This document shows positions 37,144 to 52,100 of a DNA stretch of 64,000 bases, piece by piece; position 1 is the stretch's first letter; each line of letters opens with the position of its first letter. This DNA comes from Isurus oxyrinchus. Lineage: Eukaryota. The notes beneath the pieces were generated by a model. That model saw nothing but the letters and a program-made list of their open reading frames with translations. It ran no database searches and was not told the DNA's origin. The position numbers and the translations under genes are program-made. The stretch spans positions 10,912,001 through 10,976,000 of the forward strand of contig JANJGN010000035.1 of the NCBI GenBank assembly GCA_026770705.1, written 5' to 3'.

Positions 37144-40100
37144 CCACTGGGCCAATTTAGCCAGGTTCTCTTTTCCCTGGGCCGCTATACTCGGGGTCTC
37201 ATTTCCCCTGTTCCTCGTTACCCTGGGTCTCTTTTACGAGAGACATCTTTTCCCTCGGTCTATTTTCCCCGGGCCTCTTTACCCAGGATCTCTTTTTCCC
37301 TGTGTCTTTTTTCCCAGGGTCTCTTTTCCCCTGGGCCTCTTTACCCAGGGTCTCTTTTCCCCTGGGACTCTTTACCCAGGGTCTCTTTTCCCCTGGGCCT
37401 CATTACCATGGGTCTCTTTTCCCCTGGGCCTCTTTACCCAGGGTCTCTTTTCCCCTGGGCCTCTTTACCCAGGGTCTCTTTTCCCCTTGGACTCTTTACC
37501 CAGGGTCTTTTTCCTCTGTGCCTATTCATCCATGGTCACTTTTATCCTGGGACTTTTTACCCGGGGTTACTTTTCACCTGGGCCTATTTATCCATGGTCT
37601 ATTTTCCCGTGGCCTCTTTTCATAGGGCCTCTTTACCCCTGGCACTCTTTACCCAGGGTCTCTTTTCCCCTGGGCCTATTTACCCAGGGTCTGTTTTCCG
37701 AGGGGCATCTTTACCCATGGTCTATTTTCCCCTGTGTCTCTTTACGCAGGGGTCTATTCCCCTGGGACTCTTTACACAAGGTCTCTTTTCCCCTGGGCCT
37801 CTTTAAACCGGTTCTCTTTTCCACTGGGCTTCTTTACCCAAGGGCTTTTGTCCCCTTGGCATATTTACTAGTTTCTCTTTTCCCCTGGGCCTCTTTACCC
37901 ATGTTCTCTTTTCCCCTGGGCGAATTTACCCAGGGTCTCTTTTTTCTGGGTGTCTTTACCCAGGGTCTCTTTTCCCCTATTCATCTTTACCCAGTGTCTC
38001 TTTTCCCCTGGGGCTCTTTACCTAGGGTTCTCTTTTCCCTTTGGGGCTCTCAACCCAGGATCTATTTTACAAGGGGCCTCTTTACCCAAGGTTTCTTCCC
38101 AATGGGTCTTTTCACCGTGGGTCTCTGTTCTGCTTGGCCTCTTTACCCAGGGTCTCTTTACCCATGGCCTCTTTACCCAGGTTCTCTTTTCCACTGGGCC
38201 TACTTACCCAGGGTCTCTTTTCCCCTGGGCCTCATTACCCAGGGGCTCTTTTCCCCTGGGCCTCTTTACCCAGGGGCTCTTTTCCCCTGGGCCTCTTTAC
38301 CCAGGGTATCTTTTACCAACGCTTCTTTATCCAGTGTCTCTTTTTCCCTACGTCTCTCTACCACAGGGTCTCTTTTTCCCTGGTCCGCTTTTCCAAGAGT
38401 CTCTTTTCTTCTGGGCCTCTTTACACAGGGTCTCTTTACTCCTGTGCCCCTTTACCAGGGGTCTCTTTTCCTCTGGCCCTCTTTATCCAGGGTCTCTTTT
38501 CCCCAGGGCCCCTTTATCCAGGGTCTCTACTCCCCTGGGCCTATTTACGCATGGTTTGTATCCCCTGGGACTCTTTACCCAGGGTCTAATATCCCTTGGG
38601 CCTCTTTACCCAGGGTCTCTTTTCCACTCGGCCTCTTTACACAGGGTCGGTTTTCCCCTGGGTCACTTTACCAAGGGTCTGTTTTACCCTTGGGCTTTTT
38701 AATTAGGATATCTTTAGCCCTGGTCCTCTTTGTACAGGGCCTCTTTTCCCCTGGGCCTTTTTACCACGGTCTCTTTTCCCCTGGGCCTCTTTTCCCAGTG
38801 TCTCTTTTCCACTAGGCCTCTTTATCCAGAGTCTCTTTACCCCTGGTCCTCTTTACCCAGTGTCTCGTTTCCCCTGGGGCTCTTTACCTAGGTTCTCTTT
38901 TCCCTTTGGGCCTCTCAAACCAGGATCTATTTTACATGGGGCCTCTTTACCCAAGGTTTCTTTTCCCAATGGGTCTCTTTACCATGGGTCTCTGTTCTGC
39001 TTGGCCTCTTTACCCAGGGTCTCTTTATCCATGGCCTCTTTACCAAGGTTCTCTTTTCCAATGGGCCTACTTACCCAGGGTCTCTTTTCCCCTGGGCCTT
39101 ATTACCCAGGGGCTCTTGTCCCCTGGGCCTCTTTACCCAGGGTATCTTTTACCAACGCTTCTTTATCCAGTGTCTCTTTTCCCCTACGTCTCTCTACCAC
39201 AGGGTCTCTTTTTCCCTGGTCCGCTTTTCCAAGAGTCTCTTTTCTTCTGGGCCTCTTTACACAGGGTCTCTTTACACCTGTGCCCCTTTACCAGGGGTCT
39301 CTTTTCCTCTGGCCCTCTTTATCCAGGGTCTCTTTTCCCCAGGGCCCCTTTATCCAGGGTCTCTACTCCCCTGGGCCTTTTTACGCATGGTTTGTATCCC
39401 CTGGGACTCTTTACCCAGGGTCTATTATCCCATGGGCCTCTTTACCCAGGGTCTCTTTTCCACTCGGCCACTTTACACAGGGTCGGTTTTCCCCTGGGCC
39501 TCTTTACCAAGAGTCTCTTTTCCCCTGGATCACTTTACCAAGGGTCTGTTTTACCCTTGGGCTTTTTAATTAGGATCTCTTTAGCCCTGGTCCTCTTTAT
39601 ACAGGGCCTCTTTTCCCCTGGGCCTTTTTACCACGGTCTCTTTTCCCCTGGGCCTCTTTTCCCAGTGTCTCTTTTCCACTAGGCCTCTTTACCCAGAGTC
39701 TCTTTACCCCTGGTCCTCTTTACCAAGGGGCTCCTTTCCCCTGGGCCTCTTTACCCAGGGTCTCTTTTCTCCTGGGTCTCATTACAAAGGGTCTTTTTTT
39801 TTTCCCTGCGGCCCTTTGCCTAGGATCTCATTTTCGCCAGGGCCTCTGCACCCAAGGGTCTCTTTTCCGCTGGGCCTCTTTAGCCAGGCTCTCTTTACCC
39901 AGGTTCTCTTTTCCCCTGGATCTCTTTAGCCAGGGTTCCTTTTCTCCGGGGCCCTTTTATCCAGGGTCTCCTTTCCCCTGGGCTTCTTTACGCAGGGTTT
40001 TGTATCCACTGGGCATCTTTACCCAGGTGCTATTATCCCCTGGGCCTCTTTACCCAGGGTCTCTTTTCCCTTGGGCCCCTTTACCCTGGGTTGCTTTTAC

Positions 40101-43100
40101 CCTGGGCCTCTTTACCCATGGTCAAATATCCCCTGGGAATCTTTACCCAGGGTCTCTGTTGTCCTGGGCTTTTTTACCCAGGGGTCCTTTTCCGCGGGGC
40201 CCCTTTATCCAGGGTCTCCTTTCCCCTGGGTGTCTTTATGCAGGGTTTATTATCCCCTGGGACTCTTTACCCAGTGTCTATTATCCCCTGGGACTCTTTA
40301 CCCAGAGTCTATTATCCCCTGGGACTCTTTACCCAGGGTCTCTGTTGCCCTGGGCCTTTTTACCCAGTGTCCCTTTTCCCCAGGGCCCCTTTACCCAAGG
40401 TCTCTTTTCCTCTGGGCCTCCTTATCAAGGGTCACTTTTCCCCTGGGCCTCTGTACCCAGTGTTTCTTATCCCCTGCCCTCTTTAACCATGGTCTCTATA
40501 CCCAGGGTCACTTTTCCCCTGAGCCTCTTTACCCAAGGTCTCTTTTCCCTTGGGCCTCCTTACCCAGGGTCTCTTTTTCCCTGGGCCTCCTTACCAATGT
40601 TCTCTTTTCCCCTGGGCCTCTGTACCCAGGGTCTCTTTTCCCCTGGGCCTCCTTACCAATGTTCTCTTTTCCCCTGGGCCTCTGTACCCAGTGTTTCTTA
40701 TCCCCTGGGCTTCTTTACCCAGGGTCTCTTTTCGCCTGATCCTCTTTCCCCAGTGTCTATTTTCCCCTGGGCCTCTTTATTCTGGATCTATTTTCCCCTG
40801 GGCCTGTTTACCCAGGATCTCTTTTATGATGGGCCTCTTTATCCAGGGTCTCTTTTCCCCTGGGCATCTTTAGCTAGGTTCTCTTTCCGACTGGACTCTT
40901 TAGCCAGAGTCTCTTATCCCCTGTGCCTCTTAACCCTGGGTATCTTTTCCCCTCGGCCTCTTTACCCAGAGTCTCTTTTCCCCTGGGCCTCTACCCAGGA
41001 TCTCTTTTCCCCAGGGCCTCTTTACCCAGGGTCTCTTTTCCCTCGCCCTCTTTAACCAGAGTCTCTTATCCCCTGTGTCTCTTTACCCTGGTCTCTTTTC
41101 CCCTCGGCCTCTTTAACCAGAGTCTCTTTTCCCTCGCCCTCTTTACACAGAGTCTATTTTCCGCTGGGCCTCATTACCCAGTGGCTCTTTCCCCATGGGT
41201 CTCTGTACCCTGGGTCTCTTTTCCGCTGGGCATCCTTACCCAGGGACTATTTTCCCCTGGGCCTCATTACCGTGGGTCTCTTTTCCCCTATGTCTCTCTA
41301 CCCCCGGCTCTCTTTTCCCCTGGTCCTCATTTTCAAGCATCTCTTTTCCAATGGGCCTCTTTACACATTGACTCTTTACCCCTGGGCTCCATTAACAGGA
41401 GTCTCTTTTCCTCTGGCCCTCTTTACCCATGGTCTCTTTTCCCCTGGGCCTCATTTCCCAGTGTCTCTCTTCCCTGGGTCTCTTTACCAGTGTCTTCTTT
41501 CCCCTGGCCCTCTTACCCAGGGTTTCTTTTCCCCTGGATCACTTTGCCAAGGGTCTGTTTTACCCTTGGGCTTTTTAATTAGGATATCTTTAGCCCTGGT
41601 CCTCTTTATACAGGGCCTCTTTTCCCCTGGGCCTTTTTACCACGGTCTCTTTTCCCCTGGGCCTCTTTTCCCAGTGTCTCTTTTCCACTAGGCCTCTTTA
41701 CCCAGAGTCTCTTTACCCCTGGTCCTCTTTACCAAGGGGCTCCTTTCCCCTGGGCCTCTTTACCCAGGGTCTCTTTTCTCCTGGGTCTCATTACAAAGGG
41801 TCATTTTTTTTCCCTGCGGCCCTTTGCCTAGGATCTCGTTTTCGCCAGGGCCTCTTCACCCAAGGGTCTCTTTTCCGCTGGGCCTCTTTAGCCAGGCTCT
41901 CTTTACCCAGTTCTCTTTTCCCCTGGATCTCTTTACCCATGGTCTCTTTTCCCCTGGGCCTATTTACCCAGTGTTTCTTTTCCCCTGCGCCTCGAAACCC
42001 AGGGTTTGTTTTCCCCTGGGCCTTCTTACCCAGTGTTTCTTATTCCCTGGGCCTCTTTACCCAGGGTCTCTATACCCAGGGTCTCTTTTCCCCTGGGCCT
42101 CTTTACCCAAGGTCACTTTTCCCTTGGGCCACCTTACCCATGGTCTCTTTTGCCCTGGGCCTATTTACCCAGTGTTTCTTTTCCCCTGGGCCTCGAAACC
42201 CAGGGCCTGTTTTCCCCTGGGCCTCTCTACATAAGGTCTCTTTTCGCCTGGGCCTCCATACCAAGGGTCTATTTTCCCCTGGGCATCTGTACCCATTGTA
42301 TCTTATCCCTTGGGCCTCTTTAACCAGGGTCTCTTTTTCCTCTAGGACTCTTTAACCAGGATCTCTTTTACCCTGGGCCTCTTCACTCAGGGTCTCTTTT
42401 CCCTGTTCCTCTTTACCCCGGGTCTGTTTTCCTCTGGCCCTCTTTACCAGTGTCTCATTTTCCCTGCGCTTCCTTACCCAGGGACACTTTTCCCCTGGGC
42501 CTCATTACCCAGGGTCTCTTTTCCCCTGGGCCTCATTACCCAGGGGCTCTTGTCCCCTGGGCCTCTTTACCCAGGGTATCTTTTACCAACGCTTCTTTAT
42601 CCTGTGTCTCTTTTCCCCTACGTCTCTCTACCACAGGGTCTCTTTTTCCCTGGTCCGCTTTTCCAAGAGTCTCTTTTCTTCTGGGCCTCTTTACACAGGG
42701 TCTCTTTACCCCTGTGCCCCTTTACCAGGGGTCTCTTTTCCTCTGGCCCTCTTTATCCAGGGTCTCTTATCCCCAGGGCCCCTTTATCCAGGGTCTCTAC
42801 TCACCTGGGCCTTTTTACGCATGGTTTATATCCCCTGGGACTCTTTACCCAGGGTCTATTATCCCATGGGCCTCTTTACCCAGGGTCTCTTTTCCACTCG
42901 GCCTCTTTACACAGGGTCGGTTTTCCCCTGGGCCTCTTTACCCAGAGTCTCTTTTCCCATGGTCCTCTTTACCAAGGGTCTGTTTTACCCTTAGGCTTTT
43001 TAATTAGGATCTCTTTAGCCCTGGTCCTCTTTATACAGGGCCTCTTTTCCCCTGGGCCTTTTTACCATGGTCTCTTTTCCCCTGGGCCTCTTTTCCCAGT

Positions 43101-46100
43101 GTCTCTTTTCCACTAGGCCTCTTTATCCAGAGTCTCTTTACCCCTGGTCCTCTTTACCAAGGGGCTCCTTTCCCCTGGGCCTCTTTACCCAGGGTCTCTT
43201 TTCTCCTGGGTCTCATTACAAAGGGTCTTTTTTTTTCCCTGCGGCCCTTTGCCTAGGATCTCGTTTTCGCCAGGGCCTCTTCACCCAAGGGTCTCTTTTC
43301 CGCTGGGCCTCTTTAGCCAGGCTCTCTTTACCCAGGTTCTCTTTTCCCCTGGATCTCTTTACCCATGGTCTCTTTTGCCCTGGGCCTATTTACCCAGTGT
43401 TTCTTTTCCCCTGGGCCTCGAAACCCAGGGTCTGTTTTACCCTGGGCCTCTCTACATAAGGTCTCTTTTCGCCTGGGCCTCCATACCAAGGGTCTATTTT
43501 CCCCTGGGCATCTGTACCCATTGTATCTTATCCCTTGGGCCTCTTTAACCAGGGTCTCTTTTTCCTCTAGGACTCTTTAACCAGGATCTCTTTTACCCTG
43601 GGCCTCTTTACTCAGGGTCTCTTTTCCCTGTTCCTCTTTACCCCGGGTCTGTTTTCCTCTGGCCCTCTTTACCAGTGTCTCATTTTCCCTGGGCTTCCTT
43701 ACCCAGGGAGACTTTTCCCCTGGGCCTCATTTCTCAGGGTCTCTTTTCCCCTGGGCCTCATTAGCCAGGGTTCCTTTTCTCCGGGGCCCATTTATCCGGG
43801 GTCTCCTTTCCCCTGGGCTTCTTTACGCAGGGTTTTGTATCCACTGGGCATCTTTACCCAGGTGCTATTATCCCCTGGGACTCTTTACCCAGGGTCTCTT
43901 TTCCCTTGGGACTCTTTACCCAGGGTCTATTATCCCCTGGGGCTCTTTACCCAGGGTCTCTGTTGCCCTGGGCCTTTTTACCCAGGGTCCCTTTTCCCCA
44001 GGGCCCCTTTACCCAGTGTTTCTTATCCCCTGCCCTCTTTAACCATGGTCTCTATACCCAGGGTCACTTTTCCCCTGAGCCTCTTTACCCAAGGTCTCTT
44101 TTCCCTTGGGCCTCCTTACCCAGGGTCTCTTTTTCCCTGGGCCTCCTTACCAATGTTCTCTTTTCCCCTGGGCCTCTGTACCCAGGGTCTCTTTTCCCCT
44201 GGGCCTCCTTACCAATGTTCTCTTTTCCCCTGGGCCTCTGTACCCAGTGTTTCTTATCCCCTGGGCTTCTTTACCCAGGGTCTCTTATCGCCTGATCCTC
44301 TTTCCCCAGTGTCTATTTTCCCCTGGGCCTCTTTATTCTGGATCTATTTTCCCCTGGGCCTGTTTACCCAGGATCTCTTTTATGATGGGCCTCTTTACCC
44401 AGGGTCTCTTTTCCCCTGGGCATCTTTAGCTAGGTTCTCTTTCCGACTGGACTCTTTAGCCAGAGTCTCTTATCCCCTGTGCCTCTTTACCCTGGGTATC
44501 TTTTCCCCTCGGCCTCTTTACCCAGAGTCTCTTTTCCCCTGGGCCTCTACCCAGGATCTCTTTTCCCCAGGGCCTCTTTACCCAGGGTCTCTTTTCCCTC
44601 GCCCTCTTTAACCAGAGTCTCTTATCCCCTGTGTCTCTTTACCCTGGTCTCTTTTCCCTTCGGCCTCTTTAACCAGAGTCTCTTTTCCCTCGCCCTCTTT
44701 ACACAGAGTCTATTTTCCCCTGGGCCTCATTACTCAGTGGCTCTTTCCCCATGGGTCTCTGTACCCTGGGTCTCTTTTCCGCTGGGCCTCCTTACCCAGG
44801 GACTATTTTCCCCTGGGCCTCATTACCGTGGGTCTCTTTTCCCCTATGTCTCTCTACCCCCCGGCTCTCTTTTCCCTTGGTCCTCATTTTCAAGAGTCTC
44901 TTTTCCAATGGGCCTCTTTACACATTGACTCTTTACCCCTGGGCTCCATTAACAGGAGTCTCTTTTCCTCTGGCCCTCTTTACCCATGGTCTCTTTTCCC
45001 CTGGGCCTCTTACCCAGGGTCTCTTTTCCCTTCAGCCTCTTTACCCAGAGTCTCTTTCCCCTGGGCCTCTTTACCCAGAGTCTCTTTCCCCTGGGCCTCT
45101 TTACCCAGAGTCTCTTTTCCCCAGGGCCTCTTTACCCAGGGTCTCTTTTCCCTCGCCCTCTTTAACCAGAGTCTCTTATCCCCTGTGTCTCTTTACCCTG
45201 GTCTCTTTTCCCCTGGATCACTTTGCCAAGGGTCTGTTTTACCCTTGGGCTTTTTAATTAGGATATCTTTAGCCCTGGTCCTCTTTGTACAGGGCCTCTT
45301 TTCCCCTGGGCCTTTTTACCACGGTCTCTTTACCCCTGGTCCTCTTTACCAAGGGGCTCCTTTCCCCTGGGCCTCTTTACCCAGGGTCTCTTTTCTCCTG
45401 GGTCTCATTACAAAGGGTCATTTTTTTTCCCTGCGGCCATTGCCTAGGATCTCGTTTTCGCCAGGGCCTCTTCACCCAAGGGTCTCTTTTCCGCTGGGCC
45501 TCTTTAGCCAGGCTCTCTTTACCCAGGTTCTCTTTTCCCCTGGATCTCTTTACCCATGGTCTCTTTTCCCCTGGGCCTATTTACCCAGTGTTTCTTTTCC
45601 CCTGGGCCTCGAAACCCAGGGTCTGTTTTCCCCTGGGCCTTCTTACCCAGTGTTTCTTATTCCCTGGGACTCTTTACCCAGGGTCTCTATACCCAAGGGT
45701 CTCTTTTCCCCTGGGCCTCTTTACCCAAGGTCACTTTTCCCTTGGGCCACCTTACCCATGGTCTCTTTTGCCCTGGGCCTATTTACCCAGTGTTTCTTTT
45801 CCCCTGGGCCTCGAAACCCAGGGTCTGTTTTCCCCTGGGCCTCTCTACATAAGGTCTCTTTTCGCCTGGGCCTCTATACCAAGGGTCTATTTTCCCCTGG
45901 GCATCTGTACCCATTGTATCTTATCCCTTGGGCCTCCTTAACCAGGGTCTCTTTTTCCTCTAGGACTCTTTAACCAGGATCTCTTTTACCCTGGGCCTCT
46001 TCACTCAGGGTCTCTTTTCCCTGTTCCTCTTTACCCCGGGTCTGTTTTCCTCTGGCCCTCTTTACCAGTGACTCATTTTCCCTGGGCTTCCTTACCCAGG

Positions 46101-49100
46101 GACACTTTTCCCCTGGGCCTCTTTACCCAGGGTATCTTTTACCAACGCTTCTTTATCCAGGGTCACTTTTCCCCTACGTCTCTCTACCACAGGGTCTCTT
46201 TTTCCCTGGTCCGCTTTTCCAAGAGTCTCTTTTCTTCTGGGCCTCTTTACACAGGGTCTCTTTACCCCTGTGCCCCTTTACCAGGGGTCTCTTTTCCTCT
46301 GGCCCTCTTTATCCAGTGTCTCTTATCCCCAGGGCCCATTTATCCAGGGTCTATACTGCCCTGGGCCTTTTTACGCATGGTTTGTATCCCCTGGGACTCT
46401 TTACCCAGGGTCTATTATCCCATGGGCCTCTTTACCCAGGGTCTCTTTTCCACTCGGCCTCTTTACACAGGGTCAGTTGTCCCCTGGGCCTCTTTACCCT
46501 GGTCTCTTTTCCCCTCGGCCTCTTTAACCAGAGTCTCTTTTCCCTCGCCCTCTTTACACAGAGTCTATTTTCCCCTGGGCCTCATTACTCAGTGGCTCTT
46601 TCCCCATGGGTCTCTGTACCCTGGGTCTCTTTTCCGCTGGGCATCCTTACCCAGGGACTATTTTCCCCTGGGCCTCATTACCGTGGGTCTCTTTTCCCCT
46701 ATGTCTCTCTACCCCCGGCTCTCTTTTCCCTTGGTCCTCATTTTCAAGAGTCTCTTTTCCAATGGGCCTCTTTACACATTGACTCTTTACCCCTGGGCTC
46801 CATTAACAGGAGTCTCTTTTCCTCTGGCCCTCTTTACCCATGGTCTCTTTTCCCCTGGGCCTCATTTCCCAGTGTCTCTCTTCCCTGGGTCTCTTTACCA
46901 GTGTCTTCTTTCCCCTGGCCCTCTTACCCAGGGTCTCTTTTCCCTTCGGCCTCTTTACCCAGAGACTCTTTTCCCTGGGCCTCTTTACCCAGAGTCTCTT
47001 TTCCCTGGGCCTCTTTACTCAAGGGTCTCTTTTCACCTGTTCCTTTTTACCCTGGGTCCCTTTTGCGAGGGACCTCTTTTCCCAGGGTCTCTTTTCCCCT
47101 GGGCCTCTTTCCCCAGGGTCTGTTTTCCCCTGGGCTTCTTTACTCTGGATCTCTTTTCCCCTTGGCCTCTTTACCTAGGATCTCTTTTACGATGAGCCTC
47201 TTTACCCAGGGTCTCTTTTCCCCTGGGTCTCTTTAGCCAGGTTCTCTTTTCCCATGGGCCTCTTTACCCAGGGTCTCTTTTTCGCTGGGCCCAATTTCCC
47301 AGGGTCTCTTTTCCCTGGACCTCTTTACGCAGGGTTTTGTATCCACTGGGCATGTTTACCCAGGGTCAATTATCCCCTTGGCCTCGTTACCCAGGGTCTC
47401 TTTTCCCCTGGGCCCCTTTACCCAGGGTCTATTATCCAATGGGCCTCTTTGCCCAGGGTCTCTTTAGCCCTGGGCCTTTTTACCCAGGGTTCCTTTTCCC
47501 CTGGGCCCCTTTACCCAAAGTCTATTTTACCATGGACCTCCTTAAAAAGGGTCACATTTCCCCTGGGCCTCTGTACCCAGTGTTTCTTAGTCCCTGGGCC
47601 TCCTTACCAATGGTCTATTTTCCCCTGGGCCTCTGTACCCAGTATTTCTTATCCACTGGGCCTCTTCACCCAGAGTCTCTATACCCAGGGTCTCTTTTCC
47701 CCTGTGCCTATTTAACCAACGTTTCTTTTCCCCTGGGCCTCCAAACCCAGGGTTTGTTTTCCCCTGAGCTTCTGTACCCAAGTTCTCTTTTCGCCTGGGC
47801 CTCCATAGCAAGGGTCTCATTTCTCCTGCGCATCTGTACCCAATGTTTCTTATCCCCTGGGCCTCTTTAACCAGGGTCTCTTTTTCCCCTAGGCCTCTTT
47901 ACCCAGGTTCTCTTTTCCGTTGGCCCTCTTTACCCAGGGTCTTTTTTCCCATGTGCCTCTTTACCAAGCGTCACATTTCCCTTGGGACTCTTTACCTGGG
48001 GTTACTTTTCACCTGGGACTCTAAATCCAGGGTCTCTTTTCCCCTGCGCCTCTTTACCCAGGGTCTCTTTTCCCCTTGGCCTCTTTACCCTGGCTTTCTT
48101 TTCCTCTGGGCCTGTCTACCCAAGGTCTCTTTTCCTCTCGGCCTCTATATTCAGAGTATCTTTTAACCTTGGCCTCATTACCCAGATTATCTTTTCCACT
48201 GGGACTTTTTACCAAGGGTCTCTTTACCCAGGGCATCTTTACCCAGGGTCTCTTTTCCCTGGGCCACTTTACCCAGGGTCTCTTTTCCACTGGGCCTATT
48301 CACCCAGGGTCACTTTTTTCTTTGGCCTCTTTACCCGGGGTTACTTTTCACCTGGGCCTCTTTACCCAGGGCCTCTTTTCCCCTGGGCCTCATTACCCTG
48401 GATATCTTTTCCCCTGGGACTATTTACCCAGGGTCTCTTTATCCCTGGGTCTATTTACACAGGGTATCTTTTCCGAGGGGCATCTTTACCCCGAGTCTAT
48501 TTTCCCCTGGGCCTCTTTTCCCAGGGTTTCTTTTCCAGTGGGACTGTTTACCTTAAGTCTATTTTCCTCTCGGCCTCAATATTCAGAGTCTCTTTTCCCT
48601 TGGGCCTCTTTACCAACGGCGTCTTTTCCCCTGGGCCTCTTTACCCAGGGTGTCTATTCCCCTGGGTCTCTTTAACCAGGGTCACTTTTCCTGGGCCTCT
48701 TTACCCAGGGTCTCTTTTCCACAGGACCTCTTTACCCAGGGTCTCTTTTCCCCTGGGCATCTATACACAAGGGCTCTTTTCCCCTGTGTCTCTTTACCAA
48801 GGGGTCTTTTCCCCTGGGGCTCTTTACACAATGTCTCTTTTCCCCTGGGCCTCTTTAACCCAGGTCTCTTTTCCACTGGGCTTCTTTACCCAAGGGCTCT
48901 TGTTACCTTGGTGTCTTTACCAGTGTCTCTTTTCACTTGGGCCTCTTTACCCCTGGTCTCTTTTCCCCTGGGCCAATTTACCCAGGGTCTCTTTTCCCTG
49001 TGCAACTTTACTCAGGGTCAGTTTTCCCCTACTCATCTTCACCCAGTGTCTCTATTCCCCAGGGCCTCTTTACCCAGGGTCTCTTTTCCACTGGGCCTCT

Positions 49101-52100
49101 TTACCCAGGGTTTCTTTTCCCCTGGGCCTCTCTACCCAGGCTCTCTTTTCCCCTGGGCCTCTGTACCAGTGTCTCCTTTCCCCTGAGCCTCTTTACCCAG
49201 GGTTTCTTTTCCCCTGGGCCTCTCTACCCAGGCTCTCTTTTCCCTGGGTCTCTTTACCAGTGTCTCCTTTCCCCTGGGCCTCCGTACCCAGGGACACTAT
49301 TCCCCTGGGCCTCTTTAACTAGTGTCTCTTTTACCCTGGGCCTCAATACACAGAGTCTCTTTTCCCCACGGCCTCTTTACCCAGAGTCTCCTTACCCCTG
49401 GGCCTCTTTATCCAGGGTCTCTTTTCCCCTGGGCCAATTTACCAAGAATCTCTTTTCCCTGGGCCTCTTTACTCAAGGGTCTCTTTTCACCTGTTCCTCT
49501 TTTCCCTGGGTCTCTTTTGCGAGGGACCTCTTTTCCCAGGGTCCCTTTTCCCCTGGGCCTCTTTCCCCAGGGTCTGTTTTCCCCTGGGCTTCTTTACTCT
49601 GGATCTCTTTTCCCCTGGGCCTCTTTACCTAGGATCTCTTTTACGATAAGCCTCTTTACCCAGGGTCTCTTTTCTCCTGGGTCTCTTTAGCCAGGTTCTC
49701 TTTTCCGACTGGGCTATTAACCCAGAGTCTCTTATCCCCTGGGCCTCTTTACCCTGGTCTCTTTTCCCCTCGGCCTCTTTACACAGGGTCTCTTTTCCCC
49801 TGTGCCTCTTTACCCTGGTATCTTTTCCCCTCAGCCTCTTTATCCAGAGTCTCTTTTCCCCTGTGCCTCTTTACCCAGGATCTCTTTTCCCTCGCCTTCT
49901 TTACACAGAGTCTATTTTCCTTTGGGCCTCATTACCCAGTGGCTCTTTCCCCATGGGTCTCTTTACTTTGGGTCTGTTTTCCTCTGGGCCGCCTTTACTC
50001 AGGGTCACTCTTCTCTTGGGTCTCATTACAAAGTGTTTTGTTTTTCCCTGGGACCCGTTGCCTAGGGTTTCGTTTTTTCCGTGGCCTCTTTACCCAAGGG
50101 TCTCTTTCCTGCTGGGCCTCTTTCGCCAGGGTCTCTTTACTCAGGGTCTCTTTTCTCCTGGAACTCTTTACCCATTGTCTCTTTTCCCCTGGGCATATTT
50201 ACCCAGCGTTTCTTTTCCCCTGGGCCACAAAACCCAGGGTCTGTTTTCCCCTTGGCCTCTGTACCCAAGGTCTCTTTACCCCTGGGCTTCCTTACCAATA
50301 GTCTATTTTCCCCTGCTCCTCTGTACCCAGTGTTTCTTATCCCCTGGGCCTCTTTAACCATGGTCTCTATACCCAGGGCCTCTTTTTCCTGGGCCTCTTT
50401 ACCCAAGATCTCTTTTCCCTTGGGCCTCCTTACCCATGGTCTCTTTTCCGCTGGGGCTCCTTACACAGTGTTTCTTGTCCCCTGGGCCTCTTTACCCAGG
50501 GTCTCAGTACCCAGGGTCTCTTTTCCCCTGGGCCTCCTTACCCATGGTTTCTTTTCCCCTGGGCCTCCTTACCAAGGGTCTATTTTCCCCTGGGCATCTG
50601 TACCCAGTGTTTCTTATCCCCTGGGCCTCTTTAACCAGGGTCTGTTTTTCCCCTAGGCCTATTTACCCAGGCTCTCTTTTCCCCTGTGCCTTTTTACCCA
50701 GGGTCTGTTTTCCCCTAGGCCTATTTACCCAGTTTCTCTTTTCCCCTGGGCCTCTTTACCTAGGGTCACTTTTCCCTTGGGACTCTTTACCTGGGGTTAA
50801 TTTTCACCTGGGACACTTTATCCAGGGTCTCTTTTACCCTGGGTGTCTGTACACAGTGCTTGTTATCCCCTGGGCCTCTTTAACCATGGTCTCTATACCC
50901 ACGGTCTATTTTCCCCTGTGCCTCCTTACCAAGGGTCTGTTTTCCCCTGGGCCTCTTTACCCAAGGTCTCTTTTCCCCTGGGCCTCCTTACCAAGGGTCT
51001 CTTTTCCCCTGGGCCTCTGTACCCAGTGTTTCTGATCCCCTTGGCCTCTTTACCCAGGATCTCTTTTACGATGGACCTTTTTATCCAGGGTCTCTTATCC
51101 CCTGTGCCTCTTCAACCAGAGTCTCTTTTCCGCTGGGCCTCTTTACCCAGGATATCTTTTCCCCACGCCCTCTTTACCAAGAGTCAATTTTCCCCTGGGC
51201 CTCATTACCCAGTGACTCTTTCCCCATGGGTCTCTTTACCTTGAGTCTCTTTTCCGCTTGGCCTCCTTACTTAGGGACTATTTTCCCCTGGGCCTCATTA
51301 TCGTGCGTCTCTTTCCCCCTGGGCCTCATTACCCAGGGTATCTTTTACCAGCACCTTTTTATCCAGGGTTTCTTTTCCACTATGTCTCTCTACCCCAGGC
51401 TCTCTTTTCCCTTGGTCCTCTTTTCCAAGAGTCTCTTTTCCAATGGGCCACTTTACACAGCGTCTCTTTACCCCTGGGCTCGTTTACCAGGGGTTTCTTT
51501 TCCTCTGGCTCTCTTTACCCAGGGTCGCTTTTCCTCTGGGAGCCTTTTTCCAGGGTCTCCTTTCCCATGGGCCTCTCTACCCAGGGTCTATTATCCCCTG
51601 GACCTCTTTACCCAGGATCGCTATTCCCCTGTGCCTCTTTACCCAGGGTTGCCTTTCCCCTGGGCCTCTTTACGCAGGATCTGTATTCCTCTGGGCCTCT
51701 TTAAACAGGGTCTCTTTTCCACTGGGCCTCTTTACCCAGAGCATCTTTACCCCTGGGCCTGTTTACCCAGGGGCTCTTTTCCCCTGGACCTCTTCCCCAG
51801 GGTCGCTTTTCCACCAGGGCCTCTTTACCCAGGGTCTGTTTTCCCCTGGGTCTCATTACAAAGGGTATTTTTTTATCCTGGGACTCTTTGCCTAGGGTCT
51901 CGTTTTCACCGGGGCCTCTTTAACCAGGGTCTCTTTACTCAGGATTTCTTTTCCGCTGGGCCTCTTTACCCAGGGTCTCTTTACCCAGGGATCTCTTTTC
52001 CCCTGGGCCTCTTTACCCAAGATCTCTTTTCCCTTGGGTCTCCTTACCCATGGTTTCATTTTACCTGGGCCTATTTACCCAGCATTTCTTTTCCCCTGGG

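Noticed and set aside
36946-37155. Collagen-like or repeat protein on the minus strand (KGDTGKETQG)n
   Set aside because: Arises from the frame-preserving 30-bp variant; the period is 10 aa, not Gly-X-Y. The same applies to 18427..18609.
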